64,000 nt of DNA from an uncultured Methanoregulaceae archaeon (GTDB taxonomy: Archaea > Halobacteriota > Methanomicrobia > Methanomicrobiales > Methanospirillaceae), in NCBI GenBank assembly GCA_963737635.1, contig CAVTTL010000001.1, forward strand, positions 960,001 to 1,024,000. Reading direction: 5' to 3'. The notes below the pieces were generated by a model. It saw only the letters and a program-made list of their open reading frames with translations, had not been told where the DNA came from and made no database searches. This document shows, piece by piece, positions 1 to 10,744 of the stretch (position 1 is its first letter; each line of letters starts with the position of its first letter). The translations under genes were made by a program, and so were the position numbers.

Positions 1-252
1 GACGGTATCGTACGGGAAGTGACCAGCAACAGGGACGTCTGTGCCGTCGCTGTAGTCGGGGCAGGAATGGCCGGCGCGGCAGGCACAGGTGGCCGGATCT
101 TTACCGCACTCGGCCGTGCCGGTGTGAACGTGATGATGATTTCGCAGGGATCGAGCGAGGCGAACATCTCGTTTGTAGTCCGGCAGGAGGATGGTCCGCG
201 GGCAGTCAGGGTGCTGCATGACGAATTCCGGCTCTCGGAGGAATGCAATTGA
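1..252 (+). CDS. lysC: Aspartate kinase, C-terminal ACT domain (partial, runs off the left edge)
   Basis: AVVGAGMAGAAGTGGRIFTAL...VNVMMISQGSSEANISFVV...LHDEF is the typical aspartokinase ACT2 sequence; the frame is open from base 1. Confidence 0.85.
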   Translation, partial: DGIVREVTSNRDVCAVAVVGAGMAGAAGTGGRIFTALGRAGVNVMMISQGSSEANISFVVRQEDGPRAVRVLHDEFRLSEECN

Positions 253-1241
253 CCACGAATGCGTACCGCGATGCGGGCGTCGATATTGATCTTGAAGCAA
301 CGGCAATTAAGGCACTAATCAAAAACCTGACATTCCGCAGGAAAGGCAATCATACGATGCTCGGGGACGTTGGTCACTTCGCCGGCCTGATCGATTTTGG
401 CTCCGCAGCCCTTGCACTGGCGACCGATGGGGTAGGGACAAAGATGCTAGTGGCAGACAGGATGCAGGACTGGAGCACAGTCGGGATCGACTGCATCGCG
501 ATGAACGTGAACGATCTCTATGTGATGCACATGGAACCGATCGCATTTGTCGATTACATTGCGACCGATCAGCTTTCGATAGAAAAGATGGCACAGATCG
601 GTCTTGGCCTCAACGAGGGAGCACGGCAGGCAAATATCGATATCGTGGGCGGGGAGACGGCATCGCTTCGGGGACTGGTAAACGGTCTCGATCTCGCCGG
701 TACCTGTATCGGCGTACAGGAGAAAGACCGTATCGTTACCGGTACGAAAATCCGGCCCGGTGACAGAATTATCGGTGTACCGTCCACTGGTGTCCATAGC
801 AACGGGCTCTCGCTTGCGAGGATGGTTGTGGAGAAATATGCGAATTACGATGAAAAACTCGGCAATGGAAAAACACTCGGCCACGAACTTCTTACCCCGA
901 CACGGATATACCATGAGAGCCTGAATGTTGCTGATACCTGTACGGTGCATGGTATGTGTCATATCACGGGGGGAGGATTGTTGAATTTCCTGCGACTGTG
1001 CCCCTACGGGTTCCGGTTTGACTCCCCTCTCCAGCCGCCTGAGATCTTCCGGTGGATACAGGAAACCGGCAACATATCTGACACCGAGATGTACCGGACC
1101 TTCAACATGGGGATGGGATATGCCTATATCGTGCCGTCGGCATCTGCGGACAACGTACTTAAAAAAGTGAAGGGTGCACGGATTGTCGGTGAGGTAACGG
1201 AAACACCCGGGGCTTGGCTTGGTGATGAACAGGTTACATAA
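243..1241 (+). CDS. purM: Phosphoribosylformylglycinamidine cyclo-ligase (AIR synthetase)
   Basis: YRDAGVDI, TDGVGTK, GGETA, GVHSNG, LLTPTRIY, HITGGG and RTFNMGMG motifs. Confidence 0.97.
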   Translation: MQLTTNAYRDAGVDIDLEATAIKALIKNLTFRRKGNHTMLGDVGHFAGLIDFGSAALALATDGVGTKMLVADRMQDWSTVGIDCIAMNVNDLYVMHMEPIAFVDYIATDQLSIEKMAQIGLGLNEGARQANIDIVGGETASLRGLVNGLDLAGTCIGVQEKDRIVTGTKIRPGDRIIGVPSTGVHSNGLSLARMVVEKYANYDEKLGNGKTLGHELLTPTRIYHESLNVADTCTVHGMCHITGGGLLNFLRLCPYGFRFDSPLQPPEIFRWIQETGNISDTEMYRTFNMGMGYAYIVPSASADNVLKKVKGARIVGEVTETPGAWLGDEQVT

Positions 1242-1408
1242 CTGCTGGCTTCACCATCAGCCGAAAAAAATAAAAAAATTTTGGATATGAAAGGGAAAAT
1301 TGAAAACTCAAACGCCGTTCATAGTCCATAAAAACAGGGGTATCGCCTCAGCTGGTTCTTCTCTTTTTGATCGAATCGGGCAATTCCCGGAAATAAAAAA
1401 GCTCGGCC

Positions 1409-1948
1409 TCACTCCCCGCAGGCATCCGGTTCATCGGGCACATAGTCATTCTTCTGTGCCTTTTCCGAGACGATCAGACTATTTCCCATCGGGTCCTGAA
1501 GTATCACGGTTACAGGAAATCCGCCGACCTTGATGGATTCGATCTTTTCGAGAAGCACGCGCCCGTTTTCCCGTTCCTTTTCGTCGCCGTCTCTCACCGC
1601 GGTTTTAATGGCCTGTGCAATCCGGTCGAGCACTCCTTCCACATTCGTCACAAATCCTTCACAGGCCGGACCCGGATCTATACGGACGCCGAGCTCCGGG
1701 ATCTCGAGACTCGCCGTCATGCTTCTCACCACACGAATGTCAAGATCTTCGCGTGCAGTTATGCGCATCTCGTATCGGACAGGATCAGCATTTTTGAGAA
1801 GCTGCGTATCGACAAAACGGTACCCGCACGAAGGGCAGGTGGCAGAGATAATCAGGATATCAGAAAAATAGGGAATATTTTCAGTCTGGTAGAGGTATTC
1901 TATCTCATTATTGCAGTATGGACATGGTCCCGGGACGATAGTGCGCAC
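1409..1948 (-). CDS. ZPR1-type zinc finger protein
   Basis: CPYC...IPYFSDILI...CPSCGY, IPELGVRIDPGP, TNVEGVL, DPMGNS. Confidence 0.92.
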   Translation of the reverse strand: MRTIVPGPCPYCNNEIEYLYQTENIPYFSDILIISATCPSCGYRFVDTQLLKNADPVRYEMRITAREDLDIRVVRSMTASLEIPELGVRIDPGPACEGFVTNVEGVLDRIAQAIKTAVRDGDEKERENGRVLLEKIESIKVGGFPVTVILQDPMGNSLIVSEKAQKNDYVPDEPDACGE

Positions 1949-1952
1949 CGCT

Positions 1953-2318
1953 TCATGCCCCGATCTTATCGCGTGATATCTTAACGGACATGGGCGTCAG
2001 AACGACATACCGCTGGTCGCCAAGTCCGATAATATCTCCGTTGACGTCCTTTGCAACTTCCTTTAAGTCCTTTAAGACGCGCTCATACGAGATCTTGTCC
2101 ATCTTCAGGCGGGAGATATCGACGATCACTATGTTCCCGTTGTAAACCTCGTCCTTGACCCGCGGGGTATCCTTGAGATCAGCGATCGTTGCAATCTTTA
2201 CCAGAAGCGCCGGGGAATCCCTGCCATGCTCCTCGTAGGAACTGAGGTCCAGATCCATGTATTCATCATCGGAACTGGTGGAATTTTTCCCTAAAAGTGT
2301 GTCTATGATCTTAACCAT
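1953..2318 (-). CDS. sepF: Archaeal cell division protein SepF
   Basis: VKDEVYNGNIVIVDI...GDIIGLGDQRYVVLTP; conserved sepF-ZPR1 neighbourhood. Confidence 0.88.
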   Translation of the reverse strand: MVKIIDTLLGKNSTSSDDEYMDLDLSSYEEHGRDSPALLVKIATIADLKDTPRVKDEVYNGNIVIVDISRLKMDKISYERVLKDLKEVAKDVNGDIIGLGDQRYVVLTPMSVKISRDKIGA

Positions 2319-2410
2319 AAAAAAACTGTACGAAGAAACTTATTTAATAGTATCGATGTTTAAGACAGAATTGGCCTAATTTTTCATCTTTGTTTCCCAT
2401 TTCAGAAATG

Positions 2411-2908
2411 TTAAAATTCAAGATTCCAGAGTTCATCGCCGACATGGTGAAAATTCTTGCACATCTTCCCGGATGCGCTCGCCCGGATGGCGGGCCCGTC
2501 CATGAGCGCCACTCCAATCGCAAGAGGTTTTTTATGCCGTTCGTCAACAATCTGGACAGGCCCCCCTGCGATGACATCATCGCTGACTGCGACGATTCCC
2601 GGTCGCATTACATCTGCCCCGTTTACTACGTACGGAATCGCACCGGCGTCTACGGTGACCATTCGTTCGGGAAAGGGGCACTGCACTGCTCCACGCAACG
2701 TCGGAAAAACCCATGTGCTGGCATCCATCAGTAACGGTTTTTTGTTCACCAGATAGAGTGCAACAGCCGCATTTGTTTCAAGTATCTCGATCATTTCGGC
2801 ATGGAAGAGCTTGGCAGACGGGCCAATCTGGAGAGCAAGCCGGTCAAGCAGGTCCTGTGCCTGACTTTTCCGGATAGAATGCCGTTTTTTTGCAATAATT
2901 TTTTTCAT
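2411..2908 (-). CDS. PUA-domain RNA-binding protein (DUF1947+PUA)
   Basis: FPTLRG, VTVDAGAIPYVVNGADVMRPGI, HHVGDELW. Confidence 0.92.
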   Translation of the reverse strand: MKKIIAKKRHSIRKSQAQDLLDRLALQIGPSAKLFHAEMIEILETNAAVALYLVNKKPLLMDASTWVFPTLRGAVQCPFPERMVTVDAGAIPYVVNGADVMRPGIVAVSDDVIAGGPVQIVDERHKKPLAIGVALMDGPAIRASASGKMCKNFHHVGDELWNLEF

Positions 2909-2961
2909 TGTCTTATTTCTACAATAGTTCTGGCAAAGGCTAAATTTTTTCCCGGCACTAG

Positions 2962-3324
<363 letters not shown>

Positions 3325-3335
3325 GGTGAAATACT

Positions 3336-3518
3336 ATGTCTAAAGGTACACCGTCAATGGGTAAGATGAACAAGATGACCCATATCGCCTGCAGGCGCTG
3401 TGGTAAGATCTCGTTCCATGCTCAAAAGAAGGTCTGCTCTGCCTGTGGGTTTGGCAGAAGCACCAAGATGCAAAGCTTCAAGTGGAACACCAAAAGACCA
3501 AAAATCCCGACGCACTAG
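3336..3518 (+). CDS. rpl37e: 50S ribosomal protein L37e
   Basis: [10 protein letters not shown]...THIACRRCG...CSACGFG. Confidence 0.97.
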   Translation: MSKGTPSMGKMNKMTHIACRRCGKISFHAQKKVCSACGFGRSTKMQSFKWNTKRPKIPTH

Positions 3519-3527
3519 AGCAGTACC

Positions 3528-4959
3528 ATGTGTGGTATCGTTGGCATCGTCGATGCTGGCGGTGTATCCATCCAGCTCTACTATGCCATGTATGCTCTCC
3601 AGCATCGTGGCCAGGAGAGCGCCGGAATATCCACGTTTGACGGGACAAGCCTGCGTAAATTCAAGGGGCAGGGTCTTGTCGCCGACGTTTTTTCACCCGC
3701 TGTTTTAAAAGATCTTAAAGGTACGGCCGGTATCGGCCATGTGCGTTATCCTACGACCGGTGCAAACCTGCCGGAGAATATCCAGCCCTTAAATTTCCAA
3801 TTCCAGGATCATTTCATATCAGTCGCCCATAATGGGAACTTGGTCAATACTTGTGAGCTCCGGCGGGAGTATGAACAGGCGGGCCAGATCTTTACGACTA
3901 CCACCGATACGGAGATCATAGCAAAAATCCTCATCGGGGAGATTAGCACTTCGGGGTGCGTTGAAGATGCAGTCCACCTCTGCATGAAAAGGATGGAGGG
4001 CTCCTACTCGGTGGCAATTATGATCGACGGGGTCATTTACGCGTTCCGCGATCCCCTTGGCATCAAGCCGTTCTGCCTCGGGAAGATCGAGAACGGGTAC
4101 ATCGTGGCTTCGGAGAGCGTTGCAATCGATGCACTCGGGGGACGGTTCCTCCGTGATGTAAAACCTGGCGAATTGATCCGGATGGATAATGAAGGGGTCC
4201 GCTGTACGCAGATTGCAGTTCCCGGCAGGCGCGCACATTGTATCTTCGAGTACATCTACTTCGCACGGGCAGATGCGATCATCGATGGAGTACTTGTGTA
4301 TGATGTGCGGCGGACCATCGGCCAGAAACTTCACGAGGAAGCACCGGTTTCTGCCGATTCTGTCTGTTCGGTGCCTGATTCCGGAACAGCATACGCGATC
4401 GGGTATGCGGAACGATCCCGGATCCCGTTTGTCGAGAGTCTTATGAAGAACCGGTATATGGGCCGGACCTTTATTATGCCGACGCAGAAGGAGCGCGAGC
4501 GGGCAGTCAGGATCAAACTCAATCCCATCCCGGCTCATCTCCGGGGGAAGTCGGTGGTTCTCATAGATGACAGTATCGTACAGGGGAACGACATCAAAAC
4601 GAATCATCGAGATGATGCGGGATGCGGGAGCCCGGGAGGTACATATGAGGATCGGATCACCGGCGATTAAGGCTCCCTGTTATCTTGGCGTGGATATGCC
4701 TACCAGAAAGGAGTTGATTGCAAGCGATAAAATGGAAGACGATGTCCGGAAATCTATAACTGCAACCTCGCTCCACCACATCTCGCTTGATGCTCTGGTA
4801 AAAGCAATCGGGTTTGATCACGATGATCTTTGCACTGGCTGCCTTACCGGCTGCTACCCGTTGCTTATCGATGGCGAAACCGCAAACCCCCGGCAAGTGG
4901 ATTTTGTGGATGGGACATTCCAATCGAAACTCGAGTCTTTCGAAGCAGAGACCACATAA
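3528..4959 (+). CDS. purF: Amidophosphoribosyltransferase (one apparent +1 frameshift near 4580, probably a sequencing error)
   Basis: N-terminal MCGIVG, QHRGQE, GHVRY; the PRPP motif DDSIVRGTT is split between ORFs 3528..4670 and 4567..4959. Confidence 0.95.
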
Positions 4960-5086
4960 TCTTTTTTATTTTTCATTCATTTTTTACGTTTAAGACTGGA
5001 ATTGCCGCGGTACTATTTTTGCCATCAATGATAATTCGTTGTATGCAGACCGGCAATGGTTGTTGAGAGGTCTTAACGGGGGGATC

Positions 5087-5764
5087 ATGGAACATATCAG
5101 GAAAGCTTTCGATGCGGTTGCAACGGAATATGATGCACAGCGTACATTTGTTATCCCTGATATGCGGAACTATTACGGGACTGCAGTCTGGGCTGCCGAA
5201 AATCCGGCCGATGCTCCGGCGATTCTCGATATTGGTGCCGGGACCGGCCTGCTGAGCGCCATGCTTCTAGAAAGATACCCATCGGCGACAATTACGTTAC
5301 TGGATATTTCGGAGAAAATGCTTGCCGTCGCCCGTGAACGATTCCGTAACCGGGAAAATGTCTTTTTCCGGAGTGGGGATTATTCCAGGGCCGATCTTGG
5401 TGGACCGTATGATCTTGTCTGTTCGGCGCTTTCTATTCATCACCTCGATTCTCACGATAAGTGCCGCCTGTTCGGTCGGGTGTATCATGTTCTTGTGCCA
5501 GGCGGGTTGTTTGTTAACGCCGACCAAGCTGAAGGAGAGACCCCCTATTTCAGTAAAAAATACCTCGCATATTGGGACGAATTTTTAAAAAGCGGGCCGC
5601 TTACGGCTCCAGAGGTTGCCGAGATCCGCAAACGCCGGGATACCTTAGATAAAAACGAGAAACTCTCGGCACAGCTCCAGTGGCTTGCGAAGGCGGGTTT
5701 TTCCGATGTCGATGTTGTCTATAAGAACCGGACATTCATCGTCACGGTGGCACGGAAAGAATAA
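5087..5764 (+). CDS. Class I SAM-dependent methyltransferase
   Basis: ILDIGAGTG motif I, YDLVCSALSIHHL, LVPGGLFVNAD. Confidence 0.9.
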   Translation: MEHIRKAFDAVATEYDAQRTFVIPDMRNYYGTAVWAAENPADAPAILDIGAGTGLLSAMLLERYPSATITLLDISEKMLAVARERFRNRENVFFRSGDYSRADLGGPYDLVCSALSIHHLDSHDKCRLFGRVYHVLVPGGLFVNADQAEGETPYFSKKYLAYWDEFLKSGPLTAPEVAEIRKRRDTLDKNEKLSAQLQWLAKAGFSDVDVVYKNRTFIVTVARKE

Positions 5765-5805
5765 TTGCTCCTACGCAATGACGCATTTTCATAAAAGAAG
5801 AGAAG

Positions 5806-5880
5806 TAGCGAGGGATGGATTTGAACCATCGATCTACGGGTTATGAGCCCGTCGGGATATCCTGACTACCCTACCTCGCT
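5806..5880 (-). tRNA. Initiator tRNA-Met (CAT)
   Basis: Reverse complement AGCGAGG...GACGGGCTCATAACCCGTAG...GGTTCAAATCC...CCTCGCTA; A1:U72 pair and GGG/CCC anticodon stem are initiator hallmarks. Confidence 0.95.
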
Positions 5881-5998
5881 TCCTATTAATCAGGGTTATA
5901 ATATAGATGGCAGGCGCAGATATACTTTACTCACCGGACAGTCGGGAAATCTGCCCTCTTCGTTAGATTCAATTAGCAGCGCTGTCTTATTCACAGAT

Positions 5999-6400
5999 AT
6001 GGATGATAATGAGCTTAACGAAATCCGCGAGAAACGAATGGCTGCACTCAAAGAGAAGATAGAATACCAGAGTGTCGCTGGTAGCGTTATCCAGATCGAT
6101 CAACAGCATATTGACGACCTCCTGCAGAAACATCCGGCACTGGTTATCGATTTCTGGGCCGAGTGGTGCGGACCATGCCGGCGAGTCGGGCCTGCAATTG
6201 AAGAACTTGCACAGGAGTTCGCGGGGAAGGTCACGTTCGGGAAATGCAACACGGATGAGAATCAGCAGCTGGCGGTGCAGCTCAATATATCCGCTATCCC
6301 AAACATTGTCTTCTTCTCGCACGGGAAAATGGTAGACCGGGTAATCGGTGCGTACCCAAAGGAAGCGATCCGGGAAAAAGTCCTCCGGAATTTCCCTTAA
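5999..6400 (+). CDS. trxA: Thioredoxin
   Basis: [11 protein letters not shown] active site; archaeal-type N-terminal helix [13 protein letters not shown]. Confidence 0.95.
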   Translation: MDDNELNEIREKRMAALKEKIEYQSVAGSVIQIDQQHIDDLLQKHPALVIDFWAEWCGPCRRVGPAIEELAQEFAGKVTFGKCNTDENQQLAVQLNISAIPNIVFFSHGKMVDRVIGAYPKEAIREKVLRNFP

Positions 6401-6444
6401 CCAGAACAGACCGGGACTGAGCCTTTTGTTAAAAATGTTATCAG

Positions 6445-6708
6445 TTATTCACAATAGGGATCGTTCGCCCATTCTTCGTAGACTTTCTTGACCGGCCTAC
6501 CGCCACGGTGGCCGCCTCCGTGCGACCGGTGGCGGGACTCTGCATGTTCTTCCTCATCTTCTGCCGCGTCGAGATTGTCGCCCGCTGGCTCCTGTGGTCT
6601 CTGTTCTTGTGCCGGACGGGGTTGCGGGTTATGGCGGTCCTGCACGTGACGCTCCTTGTCCTGATGCAGGTGGGGCGGTTGTTCCTGATGCGTCTCCTCA
6701 GCCATGGG
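6445..6708 (-). CDS. Small low-complexity hypothetical protein
   Basis: His/Gln/Glu/Arg-rich ORF ending in EEWANDPYCE; fills an intergenic gap. Confidence 0.6.
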   Translation of the reverse strand, partial: PMAEETHQEQPPHLHQDKERHVQDRHNPQPRPAQEQRPQEPAGDNLDAAEDEEEHAESRHRSHGGGHRGGRPVKKVYEEWANDPYCE

Positions 6709-6823
6709 TATCAACTATCATACGGGTCAGAATACAGAAAAACTTATTGTTTCAGGCTCTCAGTTCATGGCCGTTCAATATTGTCCGGATAATCGATCCT
6801 CCCTGTCTGAATGGGTTCCGCAT

Positions 6824-7384
6824 TTATTCACCGGCATAAAGGGTGCCTTCCTGGATTTCAATAATGATAGCACCAAGTTCCTCGACAACCTTGAGCAGGT
6901 CCGGACCAGCAACGATCGCCGGCCTTATATTTTCGAATTCACCAATTGAGAGAACCCAGGTATTCCCCCGGATCTCAAACCGCAACAGGTTCTTTTTCCA
7001 GAGAACTCCTGCAATGATCAGGATAATACCGGCAATGAGGCACGCAGTCCCGGCAACTTCAAAGAGTGTGTTCTTCGCCAAACCGATGACTGTGATCAGG
7101 ATCCCTGCCAGGGTAAGGGCAATTCCGAAAATGACTGGTACGACACGGAACCGCGTCGATTGTACGACACCAATGCCCTTAATGTCTGCGATATTCACCT
7201 GCTGGTAGAGCGATTCTTTTTTTGGGTCAAAGAAACTCTTGATCGTAGAATAAGCGATGAACCGTTTGCTTGTTGCGGCAAGACCGATTTTGGCCCTCAC
7301 CGGATAATACATCCGCAGGCCATCATATTCTTTGATTAACGTTTCATTCTGCGCAAATCCGATAAAATTCCGAATATCCGCCAT
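6824..7384 (-). CDS. Hypothetical membrane protein (two TM helices)
   Basis: 186-aa ORF with two central hydrophobic segments. Confidence 0.7.
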   Translation of the reverse strand: MADIRNFIGFAQNETLIKEYDGLRMYYPVRAKIGLAATSKRFIAYSTIKSFFDPKKESLYQQVNIADIKGIGVVQSTRFRVVPVIFGIALTLAGILITVIGLAKNTLFEVAGTACLIAGIILIIAGVLWKKNLLRFEIRGNTWVLSIGEFENIRPAIVAGPDLLKVVEELGAIIIEIQEGTLYAGE

Positions 7385-7538
7385 GGCCGTACCCTTCCCT
7401 TACGATTCATTTGGTGAGCAATTATTACAAAATTGTGGTGACCAAACCCTCTTTTTCCTGCCGTTAGTGACCAGAACATAAAATGAACACCTAAATACAT
7501 CAAGGTCTCATTCGTATCATCAGATCGTTTCTGCGACC

Positions 7539-9092
7539 ATGTCCAACGTTACTACACTCCTTGACGCAAAAAGCGTACCCGAAGCAAACGCGGCACTTAT
7601 CTGCCCATCCCGGAACGAGACCTACAGCTACAAAGAACTTCGTGAGGAGATGAACCGCGTTGGACATGGTTTGGCCGGTCTTGGCATAAGAAAAGGCGAG
7701 AGGGTCTGCATCTACCTTGATAGTTCTCCTGAATACCTTATCAGCTACTTTGCAATCTGGCGGATCGGATGCGTTGCGGTTCCCACAAATAGTGTGTACC
7801 AGGCTGAGGAACTGCTGCACGTAGTAACCGATGCCACTGCATGTGCAATCATTACCGATAAACGGGGTGTCCCTATCGTAACTGAGGTTCAAAAGAAGGC
7901 CCCCTTTCTGACACAGGTCATTTGTGTTACTGATGATGGCACACACTACGGCCCCGGAGTTGTTCCGTGGTCGTCATTTCCTGGCGCATCTTCGTCAATG
8001 CGGGCGGCCAACTGTGCGATGGACGATCTCTGCCATATCCAGTATACGGCCGGCACAACCGGCAAGCCCAAGGGTGCCATGCTCTCCCACGGCAACTGGA
8101 TGACAGCGCTTGACGCCGAGCGGGAAGCCCTGCGGCTCAGGCCCGACGATGTATATCTCGGGATTTACCCGATGGGACATGTCGGGTTGTCCTGGGGTAT
8201 TTCCGTCCTGCGCGCCGGTGGGACTTTTGTGATGATGGAGCGTTTCAATGCGCCCGAATATCTATCTCTTGCCCAAAAGTACAATGTAACGGTCCTTGCC
8301 GGCATGCCTCCGGTCATCCACACGCTCACGCACAGTGACCCGGGAACGGAGAGGTACCTTAGCACGGTCCGGGTCATCATATCGGGAGGGGGGCAGCTGC
8401 TACCTTCGGTATGGGAGGCTTTCGATAAACGATATCATATCCCTGTAGCGAATTCGTACGGTCTCTCAGAAACGATCGTGATCGGTTCGGGCACCACTAC
8501 CTTACCCGAATACCCGGCACTCACCCGGAACTACCGAAGTGTGGGAGTTGCAGTGGGGTACACAGAAGTCAGAATCGTGGATGTGGACAATCCGGAAAAG
8601 GAGATGCCTCCTCTGGAGACCGGGGAGATCTCCCTCAGGGGGCCTTCCGTAGCGCAAGGGTACTGGAATCTTCCCGATGCAACAGCAGCAGTATTCCGGC
8701 ATGACGGTTGGTTTCTGACTGGTGACATCGGGTACATGGACGCTGACGGTATTCTCTATATAACTGACCGGAAAAAAGACATGATTATAATGTCGGGGTG
8801 GAAAATTTACCCGACCGAAGTAGAAAATGTGATCGTTCGCCACCCATCCGTTGCAGATGTGGCAGTTTTTGGGATTCCCGATGAGAGAAGGGGGGAATCT
8901 CCGGTCGCCGCTGTTATCTTGAAAGCCGGGACTACCCTCTCGGAAGCAGAGTTGGGATCGTTCTGCCGCATGCACCTAGCCGGCTATAAGGTCCCCCGAA
9001 GGCTCATTATCGTGGATGAGCTTCCCCGGGTACATGGCTGGAAACTCCTGCGCCGCACCCTGAGGGAAGAATTCGGCGAAATGGGTTCCTGA
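7539..9092 (+). CDS. AMP-forming acyl-CoA synthetase (long-chain fatty acid-CoA ligase family)
   Basis: YTAGTTGKPKG, SYGLSET, GWFLTGDIG, DRKKDMII adenylation motifs. Confidence 0.92.
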   Translation: MSNVTTLLDAKSVPEANAALICPSRNETYSYKELREEMNRVGHGLAGLGIRKGERVCIYLDSSPEYLISYFAIWRIGCVAVPTNSVYQAEELLHVVTDATACAIITDKRGVPIVTEVQKKAPFLTQVICVTDDGTHYGPGVVPWSSFPGASSSMRAANCAMDDLCHIQYTAGTTGKPKGAMLSHGNWMTALDAEREALRLRPDDVYLGIYPMGHVGLSWGISVLRAGGTFVMMERFNAPEYLSLAQKYNVTVLAGMPPVIHTLTHSDPGTERYLSTVRVIISGGGQLLPSVWEAFDKRYHIPVANSYGLSETIVIGSGTTTLPEYPALTRNYRSVGVAVGYTEVRIVDVDNPEKEMPPLETGEISLRGPSVAQGYWNLPDATAAVFRHDGWFLTGDIGYMDADGILYITDRKKDMIIMSGWKIYPTEVENVIVRHPSVADVAVFGIPDERRGESPVAAVILKAGTTLSEAELGSFCRMHLAGYKVPRRLIIVDELPRVHGWKLLRRTLREEFGEMGS

Positions 9093-9186
9093 TTCTAAAT
9101 ACACCAACCATTTTGCGACAAAAATGCAGACATCTCCAAAAACCTTTTAAATATCCGTTTAAAAATATTAGCGGGAGCGTATAACT

Positions 9187-9807
9187 GTGGACACAAGAAG
9201 CCAGATCGTTGATATTCCCATCACTGGTAAACCAAAGAGGAGATCTACCGGTATTATCGGGCTCAACCTTCTTCTGGATGGAGGGTTTCCCTCAGGCTCT
9301 ATTATCATGGTATACGGGACGCCCCTTTCCGGTGTCGATCTTGCGGCGGTACAGTTTTGGAAAGTGGAAGGCGAAGAGGGGACATACCTGATGAATGACG
9401 GAGATGTGGAGACCGGCATGCAGGATGCGTCAGATCTTCACCCCGAAATGTACCTCCCCCAGATGGTCGGTGGCAGGATCGTTATTGATTCCCTTTCAAC
9501 CATCATCATCAAGTACGGGATTGATGCCGCGCTGAAATTGATGCGACAGGGACGTGAAACCATGCGGGACCGTGGTTCAAACCTGATGATTATTGTCTAC
9601 ACCAACGTCCATACTCCGGTCGAGATGACAAGGATCATGCGTGCAGCAGATATCGTACTTGAACTCAAAACAGAGATCCACCAGACTGAGATCGAGCGTT
9701 CGCTTGCTGTGCATAAGATCCGCGACGCCGCCGCACCCCAGCGCCTCCTGCCATTTATTATCACGGATCACGGGATCGAAGCATCGACAACATCAAGAGT
9801 TGTTTAG
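9187..9807 (+). CDS. KaiC/RAD55-like RecA-superfamily protein with degenerate Walker A
   Basis: STGIIGLNLLLDGGFP, RIVIDSL, RSLAVHKIR, PFIITDHGI; Walker A reads GTPLSGVD. Confidence 0.85.
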   Translation: MDTRSQIVDIPITGKPKRRSTGIIGLNLLLDGGFPSGSIIMVYGTPLSGVDLAAVQFWKVEGEEGTYLMNDGDVETGMQDASDLHPEMYLPQMVGGRIVIDSLSTIIIKYGIDAALKLMRQGRETMRDRGSNLMIIVYTNVHTPVEMTRIMRAADIVLELKTEIHQTEIERSLAVHKIRDAAAPQRLLPFIITDHGIEASTTSRVV

Positions 9808-9841
9808 AAAAGATCTTCTGATTTTGGTTTGGGGATCGGTT

Positions 9842-10744
9842 TCAAAGAGCAAGCCGCACTTCTTTTGCCGCCTCAGCCATATTTTTCAGTTTCCAGAATG
9901 CGGACTCCCGGGATCGCATACGGAGGCCGCAGTCAGGATCGACAAGCATCGACCGGGCATCAAAGACCTCAACACCTTTCTCTATACGTTTTTTAATCTC
10001 TGAAACAGACTCCACGGTCTCCGCACTTGAATTGACACAGCCGTATCCGATCATCCTCCCGGCAAGGTCCCGGGATCCGAAGAGTTCGAGATTTGCGGGA
10101 TTCTTCGAGAACTCGAAGTCCAGCACGTTTACATTAATCTTGAGGACATCGTCAATGACGTTTGCGAGGTTACCGCAGACATGCATGCAGGTTGGGATCT
10201 TTAAGGAGGTGGTAATCAGCTCGATTGCCTGTTTTCCTACGGCGAGGTCGGCCACGCCCGTGGAGAAGATAGGTTCATCGATCTGGATCAGAGTGGCCTT
10301 GGCCGCTTCAAGATAACGGGCCTCTACTGCCAGTGCGGCCGCGATATCGGGTACAAGTTCCTCCCGATCCCGGTACATTGGCGTGCTGATATGGAGGCCA
10401 TGGGCGAGCGTAGACGGGCCGGTGATAATACCCTTGACATACGGAGATTTTGAACGGGCATATTTTACATCTGCAACCGTGATGGGCCCTGATGCTGGTT
10501 GGATCTTTCCGATAACGTCCTGGCCCTTGATTCCTGGCATTTTGCCGGAAAACATCCCGATCATGTCTCCCCGGACCTGGCCATCGGAGATAATGTCGAT
10601 ACCGGCGGCAATTTGGTCAGAGACTGCGGTCTCGACCGCAGGTCCCAAGGGATCAAAAAAAGATTTCAGGCCGGTACCTTTGACTACAGGGTAACTACCC
10701 ACGACCGTCGTAGCAAGGACCTTGTTAATGAAATACGCTTTCAT
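9842..10744 (-). CDS. Archaeal short (catalytic-domain-only) cobalamin-independent-type methionine synthase
   Basis: TTVVGSYP, DGQVR, IQIDEP, HVCG and DPDCGL Zn-ligand motifs. Confidence 0.9.
   Translation of the reverse strand: MKAYFINKVLATTVVGSYPVVKGTGLKSFFDPLGPAVETAVSDQIAAGIDIISDGQVRGDMIGMFSGKMPGIKGQDVIGKIQPASGPITVADVKYARSKSPYVKGIITGPSTLAHGLHISTPMYRDREELVPDIAAALAVEARYLEAAKATLIQIDEPIFSTGVADLAVGKQAIELITTSLKIPTCMHVCGNLANVIDDVLKINVNVLDFEFSKNPANLELFGSRDLAGRMIGYGCVNSSAETVESVSEIKKRIEKGVEVFDARSMLVDPDCGLRMRSRESAFWKLKNMAEAAKEVRLAL

Noticed and set aside
5843-5998. N-terminal extension of thioredoxin in the ORF track
   Set aside because: It overlaps the antisense tRNA-iMet and its promoter; the real start is probably the ATG at 5999.
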